Shown here one piece after another: positions 47,064-56,211 of a DNA stretch of 64,000 nucleotides (positions within the stretch are counted from its first letter, which is position 1; each line of letters starts with the position of its first letter). Source of the stretch: Candidatus Egerieisoma sp. GTDB lineage: Bacteria; Bacillota; Clostridia; UBA1212; UBA1255. The translations under genes and the position numbers were made by a program. Below the pieces are notes generated by a model. It worked only from the letters and a program-made list of their open reading frames with translations, was not told the origin of the DNA and made no database searches. Where the stretch lies: positions 225 through 64,224 of the forward strand of contig JAZNOJ010000103.1 of assembly GCA_045580735.1 (NCBI GenBank), in the 5' to 3' direction.

Positions 47064-50000
47064 TTAAAATAAATCAAACAACGAAACCTGATTCGTATCT
47101 GGCATACCCTCGAAGCACCCTTCTAATCTTAATGTCTCAATTACCGATTTATTTACACCAGCACTTAATTGTAAATCCTCTATAGACAAGAAGGTTTCAC
47201 CATTTTTAACTCTTTCGTCCCTAGCTCGAACAATATTCATAGCAGCTGCACCTCCAACACCTTGGAAAGCTGCAATAGGAGGACGAATTTTCCCATTTTC
47301 CGGTTTAAAAAAAGTCGCATCCGATTTGTATATATCAACAGGTAGAAATTCTATTCCTCTTGCATACATTTCCACCAGCAAATTATATAGTGCAGCTTGT
47401 GCCTTATCCTTTGCACTCATTTCTCCTTTTTTAGCTTTTTGAGACGCTTCTTCTCCTTCTTCATCACCAAAATCCACAGCCTCAGCATCAGAACCAAGTA
47501 AATTCAAAAGCGCCATTTTACCATACATTCTATCTATTCCATGAATCATGGATGCACCGTCAAAGTCATCAATTTTCATTGAAAAACGAGCCGCATAATA
47601 TGCTACTGGTTCATAAAGCTTATACCATGCTATACGGAGAGATAAAATAACATATGCAACAGCGTGAGCCTTCGGGAACATATATTTAATCTTTTTACAA
47701 GAATCTATATACCAGTCAGGCACATCATGCTCTCTCATAGCAGCCTCCCATTCTGGTTTTAGGCCTTTTCCTTTTCTTACTGCCTCCATTATGTCAAACG
47801 ACATTTTCTTATCCATGTTTTTGTTTATAAGATAAAGCATAATATCATCACGACAACAAATAGCCTGTGAAAGTGTGCATGTACCTTCTGAAATAAGTGT
47901 TTGTGCATTTCCGTTCCACACATCAGTTCCATGTGAGAGTCCTGAGATACGAACTAGTTCAGAAATCGACGATGGCTTCGTTTCCATAAGCATCTTAGTT
48001 ACAAAGCCAGTCCCCATTTCCGGAATACCAAGCGTTCCCAATGGGATAGGCTTTTTAAGCATACTTTCATCAAGTCCCAATGCATCAGATGAATTAAACA
48101 GAGAAAGCATCTTTGCGTCATTTATATCTACAGTTAAGCTGTTAATATCTGTATATTCTTCTAACAATTTAAGCATTGCTGGACCTTCGTGACCAAGAAT
48201 ATCGAGCTTTAAAATATTATCATGCAGAAAATGATAATCAAAGTGTGTTGTAATTGTATCAGAATTTTCCTTTTCTGCCGGGTGCTGAACAGGTGTGAAA
48301 TCATAAATTTCTTTATCTCTTGGAATAACAATTATTCCGCCCGGATGTTGTCCGGTTGTTTTTCTTACACCCTCAAAGCCACTTGCAAGACGATTAATTT
48401 CTGCATTTGATACCTGCTTTCCTCTTTCTTGCAAATATTTTATTACATAACCTCTGGCAGACTTATCTGCAAGACCTGCAATAGTACCGGCTCTAAACAC
48501 CTTACCCTTACCAAATAGAACCTCTGTATATTTATGTGCATTTGACTGGTCCTCAGATGCAAAATTCAGGTCAATATCTGGAACCTTGTCCCCTTTAAAG
48601 CCTAAAAATGTTTCAAATGGTATATCATATCCATCTCTAATCAAGCGTTCTCCACATTGTGGGCAATCCTTTTCAGGCATATCAAAGCCACAGTCATATC
48701 CTTGATTTTCATGAAATTCATAATAACCACATTTTTTGCATCTATAATGAGCCGGAAGTGAATTGACTTCAGTAATACCCGCCATAAATGCTGCAACAGA
48801 TGAACCTACAGAACCTCTAGAGCCTACCTGGTAACCATTTCTAGCCGATTCTGCCACAAGCTCCTTTGCCGTTATATACATAATGGAATAACCATTGCTT
48901 ATAATTGAATTTAGTTCCTTTTCCAATCTTGCTTCTACTAATTCCGGCAAATTTTCTCCGTAAATAGAATGTGCTTTTTCATAACAGCTCGTTCTTAATG
49001 TTTCATCTGAGCCTTCAATTACAGGAGGATAAAAGCCGTCAGGAACTGGTCTTATTACATCTATTTGCTCTGCAATTTTCCGCGTATTTTCAACTACTAT
49101 CTCATATGCTCTATCTTCCAGATATTCAAATTCTGCAAGCATTTCCTCAGTTGTTCTCAAATATAATGGCGGTTGTGAATCGGCATCACTAAATCCCTGA
49201 GCCGCCTGTAAAACTGTTCTGTATATTGCATCCTCAGGATTTAAAAAGTGAACATCACAGGTAGCTACTGTCATTTTCCCAAGCTTATCACCTAAGGATA
49301 CTATCTTTTTGTTTATATTTTTAATAGCATCTAAACTTTCAACTTCCCCATTTCGGACCAAATACATGTTATTTTCAAGTGGTTGTATTTCTAGATAATC
49401 ATAAAAGGCTGCCATTTTTTCAAGCGTTTCATCCGATTCACCACGAAGCACTGCATCAAAGAGCTCACCTTCTGAACAAGCACTACCTATTATCAAACCT
49501 TCTCTGTGTGCCTCTATTTCAAAGCGAGGCATTCTAGGTCTTTTATGATAATAATTCAAATTTGAATATGATATCAATTTATACAAATTCTTTAATCCTA
49601 CTAAATCTTTAACTAATATTATACAATGCCATGAAGGTAACTTTTTTGCTTCATCATGTGACATTTCGGGTGTTCTGTCACATAAATAGCACTCACATCC
49701 ATAGATAAGCTTTAAAGCATCTGGTTCTCCTTTTTTTGAATTTTTCTTCATTGAATTAAACATATCAGGATATGCTTGTGCTGTGCCATGGTCTGTTATC
49801 GCAACTGCATCATGTCCCCAGCTTACTAACTGCTTTACTAAATCTCCAGGTCTGGTAAGTCCATCTTGCGCACTCATATTAGTATGCAAATGTAGTTCAA
49901 CTCTTTTTACAGGGGCATTGTCCTTTCTAAATACAGGCTTATACTCAACAATGCTACGTGCCATTATTGTTAACTCTCTAGTATATTTATCCTGCGATGC

Positions 50001-50906
50001 CTGTCCATATACGGTTATATATTTACCCTCTTTAAATGTGGATTTAACAAATTTCAAATCAAATTCATCAAAGAAAAATTTAGCTACAACTGAATAAGTA
50101 TTATCAGTCATTTCGATCATTGCTATATATGAGCCACTTGGTATTTGTTTATCCTCATACTTGAAAATTTTGCCCGAAACAGCAACGTAGCCAGAATCCT
50201 GATCAATATCTGACATCTTACTTATTACGCTATCAATTTCTCTACCTAAATATATTGTGTTACCATGAGAGTCCTTTTTTAATTCTTCTCCCTCTTCCGG
50301 TGTAAGCTTTTTCTTTTTTGAAAATTTCCCGTCACCTTTGTTTGTATATTCGCCTTTACTTTTATAAGCATAGCCTCCGGAGCCCGAATTACCTCCCTCT
50401 CCAAAATAACTATGTCCGTTCGAATTCCTTGCAGCCATTTTTATTGTTTCTTTTTGGGAGGCTTCATATTCCTCTAATGTGAAATCAACCTCAACTGTAT
50501 CTGCAATGTTAGAAGAATATTGCGGAAAATCGTTTGGAAATGGAATTGAGTCTTCCACAGGCGGCTCATCTGGAATTGGCGGATAAAAATCAGGTTCAAC
50601 CTCAGCCGGTCCAATATATTCCGGAAAAGCTGGTACTTCCACATCATCCCACGGAGCATTATTTTCAATGTTTTCTGTATTTTTTATTTCATTTCCTCTT
50701 TCTATATTTTCATCGAGGTCTTTCTCAAAAAATATTTCTGAGTTTTTTATATTTATTTCAATGTTTATTGAAGCATCAGCTTTTAATTTATTACGCCAAA
50801 AAGCCTCCTCTTTTGCAATTTCAGCTTCTGATATTGGTTCTTTTGTTTCAAAAAACAAAGCAATTTTTCTTTTATCATTATATATTTCAGCAGATATTAT
50901 TCGCAT
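47064..50906 (-). CDS. polC: DNA polymerase III alpha subunit, PolC type, lacking the DnaQ-like 3'-5' exonuclease insertion
   Basis: 1280 aa. OB fold (VAVSGKIFKYEDK...ITVYGQASQDKY), PHP start VELHLHTNMSAQDG...ITDHG, PolC zinc module CKKCGY...CPQCG, palm PDIDLNF, GQHPGGIIV, KLDILGH, MFPKAHAVAY. No DIETTG, HNAxFD or HRAxxD exonuclease motifs occur anywhere in the ORF. Confidence 0.88.
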   Translation of the reverse strand: MRIISAEIYNDKRKIALFFETKEPISEAEIAKEEAFWRNKLKADASINIEINIKNSEIFFEKDLDENIERGNEIKNTENIENNAPWDDVEVPAFPEYIGPAEVEPDFYPPIPDEPPVEDSIPFPNDFPQYSSNIADTVEVDFTLEEYEASQKETIKMAARNSNGHSYFGEGGNSGSGGYAYKSKGEYTNKGDGKFSKKKKLTPEEGEELKKDSHGNTIYLGREIDSVISKMSDIDQDSGYVAVSGKIFKYEDKQIPSGSYIAMIEMTDNTYSVVAKFFFDEFDLKFVKSTFKEGKYITVYGQASQDKYTRELTIMARSIVEYKPVFRKDNAPVKRVELHLHTNMSAQDGLTRPGDLVKQLVSWGHDAVAITDHGTAQAYPDMFNSMKKNSKKGEPDALKLIYGCECYLCDRTPEMSHDEAKKLPSWHCIILVKDLVGLKNLYKLISYSNLNYYHKRPRMPRFEIEAHREGLIIGSACSEGELFDAVLRGESDETLEKMAAFYDYLEIQPLENNMYLVRNGEVESLDAIKNINKKIVSLGDKLGKMTVATCDVHFLNPEDAIYRTVLQAAQGFSDADSQPPLYLRTTEEMLAEFEYLEDRAYEIVVENTRKIAEQIDVIRPVPDGFYPPVIEGSDETLRTSCYEKAHSIYGENLPELVEARLEKELNSIISNGYSIMYITAKELVAESARNGYQVGSRGSVGSSVAAFMAGITEVNSLPAHYRCKKCGYYEFHENQGYDCGFDMPEKDCPQCGERLIRDGYDIPFETFLGFKGDKVPDIDLNFASEDQSNAHKYTEVLFGKGKVFRAGTIAGLADKSARGYVIKYLQERGKQVSNAEINRLASGFEGVRKTTGQHPGGIIVIPRDKEIYDFTPVQHPAEKENSDTITTHFDYHFLHDNILKLDILGHEGPAMLKLLEEYTDINSLTVDINDAKMLSLFNSSDALGLDESMLKKPIPLGTLGIPEMGTGFVTKMLMETKPSSISELVRISGLSHGTDVWNGNAQTLISEGTCTLSQAICCRDDIMLYLINKNMDKKMSFDIMEAVRKGKGLKPEWEAAMREHDVPDWYIDSCKKIKYMFPKAHAVAYVILSLRIAWYKLYEPVAYYAARFSMKIDDFDGASMIHGIDRMYGKMALLNLLGSDAEAVDFGDEEGEEASQKAKKGEMSAKDKAQAALYNLLVEMYARGIEFLPVDIYKSDATFFKPENGKIRPPIAAFQGVGGAAAMNIVRARDERVKNGETFLSIEDLQLSAGVNKSVIETLRLEGCFEGMPDTNQVSLFDLF

Positions 50907-51103
50907 AAAAACACAGCCTTTTAAAAATTTCAGTAGTGAAATTATATCACCACGATATTTTTTGTAAAGAGAAAGGTTTTAACAGTTTCTCTTTATGTTG
51001 CTATAAAAAATACACATAACGATCTATAGAAATATTCATAGAATTATTAGAATATATTTTTTAAAAAACAATTTTAGATAAATAACTTTTTATATACTAT
51101 TAA

Positions 51104-51141
51104 TAAAAAAACTGCAGCTTTCTATTATTGAAAACTGCAGA
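51104..51141 (-). terminator. Rho-independent terminator after the GGGtGRT gene
   Basis: The minus strand reads CTGCAGTTTTC-AATAATA-GAAAGCTGCAG followed by TTTTTTT. Confidence 0.7.
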
Positions 51142-51178
51142 ATTTATAATTTAATTTACATTAAAATAAAAGCAAATC

Positions 51179-52177
51179 TTATTTCTGTGCTTCTTCAATT
51201 GCAACTGCACAAGCAACTGTCATACCAACCATTGGGTTGTTACCTGCACCGATGAGACCCATCATCTCAACGTGAGCAGGAACTGATGAAGAACCAGCAA
51301 ATTGAGCATCGCCATGCATACGTCCCATTGTATCTGTAAGACCGTATGAAGCAGGACCTGCAGCAACGTTATCTGGGTGAAGTGTACGACCTGTACCACC
51401 ACCTGAAGCAACTGAGAAATATTTCTTACCATGCTCCAATGACCATTTCTTATAAGTACCTGCAACAGGATGTTGGAATCTTGTTGGGTTTGTTGAGTTA
51501 CCTGTAATAGAAACGTCAACATCTTCTTTTCTCATGATAGCAACGCCCTCGTTAACATCGTTAGCACCATAGCAACGAACACTTGCACGATCACCATTTG
51601 AGAATTTAACTTCACGAACTACTGTAAGCTCTCTTGTTGTGAAGTCATATGAAGTTTCAACATAAGTAAAACCATTAATTCTTGAAATGATGTACGCTGC
51701 ATCCTTACCAAGTCCGTTCAAAATAACTTGGAGAGGTTCTTTTCTAACCTTATTAGCTGTTCTTGCAATACCAATAGCACCCTCAGCAGCAGCAAAAGAT
51801 TCGTGACCTGCTAAGAAGCAGAAGCATTTAGTTTCTTCTCTTAAAAGCATAGCACCTAAATTACCATGTCCGAGACCAACTTCTCTTGCATCTGCAACAG
51901 AACCAGGGATACAGAAAGCCTGTAAACCGATACCAATTGCTTCAGCAGCATCAGCAGCATTAGTAACATTTTTCTTAAGTGCGATAGCGCATCCGAGTGT
52001 ATAAGCCCAAACTGCATTTTCGAATGCAATAGGTTGTACACCTTTAACTATACCAGCAACATCAACACCTTTAGCATCACAAATTGCTTTAGCATCCTCT
52101 AATGAAGCAATGCCATATTCAGCCATAGCTTTATTGATGCCATCTATTCTTCTTTCATAACCTTCAAATCTTACCAT
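51179..52177 (-). CDS. GGGtGRT-family protein (function unknown)
   Basis: 332 aa. Contains the family-defining SGGGTGRT (aa 258-265), then LHPDNVAAGPASYGLTDTMGRMHGDAQFAGSSSVPAHVEMMG. RBS AAGGAGG. Visibly higher GC and stronger codon bias than the flanks. Confidence 0.75.
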   Translation of the reverse strand: MVRFEGYERRIDGINKAMAEYGIASLEDAKAICDAKGVDVAGIVKGVQPIAFENAVWAYTLGCAIALKKNVTNAADAAEAIGIGLQAFCIPGSVADAREVGLGHGNLGAMLLREETKCFCFLAGHESFAAAEGAIGIARTANKVRKEPLQVILNGLGKDAAYIISRINGFTYVETSYDFTTRELTVVREVKFSNGDRASVRCYGANDVNEGVAIMRKEDVDVSITGNSTNPTRFQHPVAGTYKKWSLEHGKKYFSVASGGGTGRTLHPDNVAAGPASYGLTDTMGRMHGDAQFAGSSSVPAHVEMMGLIGAGNNPMVGMTVACAVAIEEAQK

Positions 52178-52191
52178 GGTTCAAATCCTCC

Positions 52192-52884
52192 TTATTCATT
52201 ACGAGGGTCAATGACCTTAGCAGCATCAGCATATCTACCATATGTACCGATGTTTTTCTCATAAGCTTCTTTCGGATCTACACCCTTTTTGATGGCTTCC
52301 ATCATTTTACCGAGGTGAACAAATTTATATCCGATAACTTCGTCATTTTCATCAAGGCCAATACTGAGAACATAGCCTTCTGCCATCTCAAGATAACGAA
52401 CACCCTTATCCTTTGTTCCGTACATTGTACCGATTTGTGAACGAAGTCCTTTACCTAAATCTTCGAGACCTGCTCCTACTGGAAGTCCATCGTCAGAAAA
52501 AGCAGACTGTGTACGTCCATATACAATCTGTAAGAAGATTTCACGCATAGCTACATTGATAGCATCGCATACGAGGTCTGTGTTAAGAGCTTCAAGTAAT
52601 GTCTTACCGCCAAGTATTTCAGCAGCCATAGCAGCCGAGTGAGTCATACCAGAGCATCCAAGTGTTTCAACAAGTGCTTCTTCAATAATACCATTTTTTA
52701 CATTAAGAGTAAGCTTACATGCTCCCTGTTGTGGTGCACACCAGCCCACACCGTGTGATAATCCCGAAATGTCAGAAATTTGTTTAACATTTACCCATTT
52801 GCCTTCTTCAGGAATGGGAGCTGGTCCATGATTTGGACCTTGTTTAACACACATCATTTTTTGTACTTCATGTGAGTAATTCAT
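52192..52884 (-). CDS. IscU/NifU-N-like three-cysteine protein with ~100-aa C-terminal extension
   Basis: 230 aa. GWCAPQQGAC, LGCSGMTHSAAMA and LVCDAINVA align with the three cluster-ligand cysteine regions of IscU (GAPACGD, FGCGSAIASS, HCSxLAEDA). A 14-nt gap separates it from the GGGtGRT gene. Confidence 0.65.
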   Translation of the reverse strand: MNYSHEVQKMMCVKQGPNHGPAPIPEEGKWVNVKQISDISGLSHGVGWCAPQQGACKLTLNVKNGIIEEALVETLGCSGMTHSAAMAAEILGGKTLLEALNTDLVCDAINVAMREIFLQIVYGRTQSAFSDDGLPVGAGLEDLGKGLRSQIGTMYGTKDKGVRYLEMAEGYVLSIGLDENDEVIGYKFVHLGKMMEAIKKGVDPKEAYEKNIGTYGRYADAAKVIDPRNE

Positions 52885-52919
52885 GTGTTTAATAACCCCT
52901 TTCTAAAATTGTACGGCTC

Positions 52920-52948
52920 ATTATACCGCGATTCCTAAAAAATTACAA
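52920..52948 (-). promoter_or_regulatory. candidate promoter of the IscU-like/GGGtGRT pair (TTGTAA-17 nt-TATAAT)
   Basis: The minus strand reads TTGTAAttttttaggaatcgcggTATAAT, overlapping the stop codon of the upstream gene. Confidence 0.4.
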
Positions 52949-54641
52949 GCGTTCCAAATGAAACAACGCCATTAAATTCTTCATAATTTTCTGTTAAAAT
53001 ACCATTTTCATTTTCTACGTGATTTAATATAAGATTAGAAGCATCAAATTTATAAAAAGAAAGCTCGTCCTTTTCATTATTATATAGGAAATACGTACTA
53101 TCCCCACAGGGCAAAATTTCTAATTCAATTTGTCCTTCAGCCTTTTCCGCAGTACCTAATATATCCTCTACAAGCACATCTCCTTTTGCATTTAGGACTG
53201 CTACAGATTTAACCTTACCATTAGAGAAATAAGAAGGATAAAAGTACACACTTTCCTGTGATTCCAAACTTCTTTCGCTAATTGGTCGAGTCATACTTCT
53301 TGAAGGCGGTACAGACAACTCCCTTGATTCAAATGCACCATCTTTTCTGGTTATTGATACGAGGCCATAATTATAGCTTTCACCACTGGTAAGCCAGCTT
53401 TCAGTATTATTACTATTTAATATAAGACTTCCATCACAAAGCATATTTACATATATTGTATCCTTCGATATTACATAGATATCCATATGCTTGTTTAACA
53501 TTTCAGATTTTTCACAATAATTTCCGGAAAGCTCCATTAAAACTTCAGCACAGCTTCCGTCTGCATTTAATAAAAATAGCTTGTCCTCCGTAGCAACTAC
53601 AAAAAATTCAGTTTCGGTTTGCTCATCTTTAAAATGATCAAATACACAGTATAAATCTCCAAGCTCATTATAAAGGATTTGATCCTTACCCTCGTTTTTA
53701 ACAACAAGTCTTTTATTAGAATATGAATAGTAATATAGCTTTGCTTCATTAGAAGAATATACATATTGTGGAATAGTTTCATAATATCCACCTTTTATCT
53801 CCATTTTAGAATTTTCATTTACTATATAATCCTTCTTGTCAATATTGACGCAAACAGTAAAAGATGAATAATATTCATCATAATTGTATTCATATTTACC
53901 TGGAAAATAAATATCATCTACCTTTGATTGAACACAAGCATTTGTAGAATTCAAGACATCATATTTATACAATTCTCCAGATTCATTTAAATATACAACA
54001 CTGCTGTATTTATCCAAAACACCTGCAACCTTAACATTTTCTGCCAAAAGCAGCAAACTGTTATTCGCAGCATTTACTCTATCTACTGTATATGAAAAAA
54101 GATTATTTGATTGAGCATAGCCTGAAGCATAAATAACTGTCACAGCTTCTTTTTTATCATTTTCTACAAAATCAAAGCTGTCAACTCTATCTGCAATAAA
54201 AGTGCTTGTTCCACTTTCTATATCAAACAAATATAGATGTGGATTTCCTTTAAAAATCAATCTGTATAAAAAAAACTTTTCATCACTGCTAAGCAAATAA
54301 TTTTCTCTTTGACTAATCATTTCATTAAAATCAGTCACCTTACTATAATACACCATATTAATTCCTGACGGTGTAATATCGTATGTTTCATCACCTACTA
54401 CAGCTAAAAGCTTTTCATCTCTTGAATACATACATGGAAGCTGTGTTTCATTCAAACCATACGTACCTTTTTTTCTGTCCGTATGTAAAATAAAATTTTG
54501 TTCTTCATTTTCACTTGCCACCTTATCAGTTATCCATTCGTCTACTGGTTCAAGTGTTAATACGGAATGTAAAACAAATATAAATAATAGAACTAAACAT
54601 ATTATTATAATAGGCTTTAAAATACGTTTAAAATTTTTCAT
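52935..54641 (-). CDS. hypothetical N-terminally anchored extracytoplasmic protein, beta-propeller-like repeats
   Basis: Signal-anchor MKNFKRILKPIIIICLVLLFIFVL. Recurrent strand-turn patterns (LYLFDIESGTSTFIA, ELYKYDVLNST, KLFLLNADGS) are reminiscent of TolB/DUF5050-type propellers. The ATG at 54641 is preferred (7 nt after the upstream stop, GGAGGG upstream); the ORF track starts at 54674. Confidence 0.55.
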   Translation of the reverse strand: MKNFKRILKPIIIICLVLLFIFVLHSVLTLEPVDEWITDKVASENEEQNFILHTDRKKGTYGLNETQLPCMYSRDEKLLAVVGDETYDITPSGINMVYYSKVTDFNEMISQRENYLLSSDEKFFLYRLIFKGNPHLYLFDIESGTSTFIADRVDSFDFVENDKKEAVTVIYASGYAQSNNLFSYTVDRVNAANNSLLLLAENVKVAGVLDKYSSVVYLNESGELYKYDVLNSTNACVQSKVDDIYFPGKYEYNYDEYYSSFTVCVNIDKKDYIVNENSKMEIKGGYYETIPQYVYSSNEAKLYYYSYSNKRLVVKNEGKDQILYNELGDLYCVFDHFKDEQTETEFFVVATEDKLFLLNADGSCAEVLMELSGNYCEKSEMLNKHMDIYVISKDTIYVNMLCDGSLILNSNNTESWLTSGESYNYGLVSITRKDGAFESRELSVPPSRSMTRPISERSLESQESVYFYPSYFSNGKVKSVAVLNAKGDVLVEDILGTAEKAEGQIELEILPCGDSTYFLYNNEKDELSFYKFDASNLILNHVENENGILTENYEEFNGVVSFGTLVIF

Positions 54642-54648
54642 GTAGTTC

Positions 54649-56055
54649 TCATTCCCTCCATTTATGCTTTGCATAAAGTAAAATAAACCCTACAAGGCAC
54701 AATGTGCTCATGGCAATTACAGGAAGTAATGTATCGAATAAGTTTGCATATGACATAGCCTCTAGCAAAACTTTCATTTCAGAATTAAATTCATCAAGTG
54801 AATTATAATAAAATACACTATACTTATCACTGCCACTTTCTCTTAATGATACAAATAAGCCCCCAGCCTCATCAGTATCATAATATAATATAATATTCGA
54901 AGGTATCTCAATAGCAGTACCATTTATTGAAAGGAAATATGAATCCCTTTCTGGTGAAATACGAGCCAAGGTTAACTCAAAATTTCCGTTTTCATCCAAT
55001 TTATCTAATGACATTTCCTGAGAAATACTTGGAACTCTAAAATCATTTATAGCAGAAAACAAAATCACGTCCTTTTCATTTCCGTCTTTATCAAACTCCG
55101 AAATAAAAATTGAAGATTCCATCACATCAAAGCTTACTTTAGAAACATTATCATAAATAAAATAATTTGCCCCATGACCGTAAAGCTTGTATTCGTTATA
55201 TTGTCCTGTTTCCAAAGAATTTAAAATAACAGGTGAATATCTATAATCAAAATATCTGCCATAAATTTTCAAGTTACCCTCTGGTGTAATTTGACATTCC
55301 ATTGCTGCACTTATGCAGCTACTTTTTTTGTAGAGGTTTTTATAAAAAACTGACTCTCCGCGTGCATTAAAGACTTCAACAAAAGCTACATCGAAATAAT
55401 TTATATCTGCAAAGCTTGATTCAGCACCACATAGCACAAGATAATCATCTTTAAAAAGTCCGCAGCTAATTACAGATTTTTCTGTATATTCATATTGCTT
55501 AACAGGAGTTCCGTTATGCAAATAAAGCTCAGCACCTGTAGTCCATGCTGCTAAAACATATTGGCACTCGTCATCAGGAAGCAGAAGTTTAATTGCTTTT
55601 TCCTCTTCTTTCATCATAGTGAAGTTAAGCTTTTCTGTCATTGCTATCTCTTTTTCGTTTTTCATATCTATGAAATAGAGAGAAGCATACCCATTTTCCT
55701 CACAAAGTATAAATATTCCGTCATCACCGATACGAATGTCATGTATAATACAAGTCTCAAGACTAGCACCAAAACCACCCTCTGAAACCTTTTTGCCTTC
55801 ATCATCAAAAACAGAAAAAAAGTAGCAATTCTTATCTTTGTATTCGCCTATGAAAACCCCATATTTATCTTTTGAAGAGGCATCCTTCTTTTGGTAATCA
55901 AAAACATAATCAATAGATTGATTTTTACTATCTATTGTACTGCTTTCAGGTATCAAAAAATTCCCACATATATCTAAATAATAACGAAATCCCGCCATTA
56001 ATGCTATCAACAATATTAAAATACATATAAAACTTATAAGTGTCTTTTTAATCAT
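54649..56055 (-). CDS. hypothetical bitopic protein (N- and C-terminal TM helices, beta-rich ectodomain)
   Basis: 468 aa. N-terminal TLISFICILILLIALMAGF and C-terminal LLPVIAMSTLCLVGFILLY helices. No recognisable catalytic motif. Confidence 0.55.
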   Translation of the reverse strand: MIKKTLISFICILILLIALMAGFRYYLDICGNFLIPESSTIDSKNQSIDYVFDYQKKDASSKDKYGVFIGEYKDKNCYFFSVFDDEGKKVSEGGFGASLETCIIHDIRIGDDGIFILCEENGYASLYFIDMKNEKEIAMTEKLNFTMMKEEEKAIKLLLPDDECQYVLAAWTTGAELYLHNGTPVKQYEYTEKSVISCGLFKDDYLVLCGAESSFADINYFDVAFVEVFNARGESVFYKNLYKKSSCISAAMECQITPEGNLKIYGRYFDYRYSPVILNSLETGQYNEYKLYGHGANYFIYDNVSKVSFDVMESSIFISEFDKDGNEKDVILFSAINDFRVPSISQEMSLDKLDENGNFELTLARISPERDSYFLSINGTAIEIPSNIILYYDTDEAGGLFVSLRESGSDKYSVFYYNSLDEFNSEMKVLLEAMSYANLFDTLLPVIAMSTLCLVGFILLYAKHKWRE

Positions 56056-56149
56056 AGTAAAATACCTCTTTTGCTAGTATACCATAAACCAAATAAAAAG
56101 AGAACAACCTAAAAAAATTTTTTCTTCTAAATTTTTTAATTTCAAAAAA

Positions 56150-56178
56150 TTGCAGAATACATATTTTTTTGGTATACT
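56150..56178 (+). promoter_or_regulatory. sigma-A-type promoter of ftsH (TTGCAG-17 nt-TATACT, extended TG)
   Basis: TTGCAGaatacatattttttTGgTATACT, ~35 nt upstream of the ftsH RBS. Confidence 0.5.
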
Positions 56179-56211
56179 AACATAATATAATCATTTAGGA
56201 GGTTATGTCCC

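Noticed and set aside
50474-50967. ORFs 50474-50668 (minus, alternative frame), 50534-50908 and 50668-50967 (plus) over the polC 5' end
   Set aside because: They overlap the polC N-terminal low-complexity region, and their translations are themselves low-complexity. There are no independent start signals.
51262-52041. Same-strand alternative-frame ORFs (86 and 61 aa, Gln/Leu-rich) inside the GGGtGRT gene
   Set aside because: They are a frame-shifted by-product of the biased codon usage of the real gene. There is no RBS.
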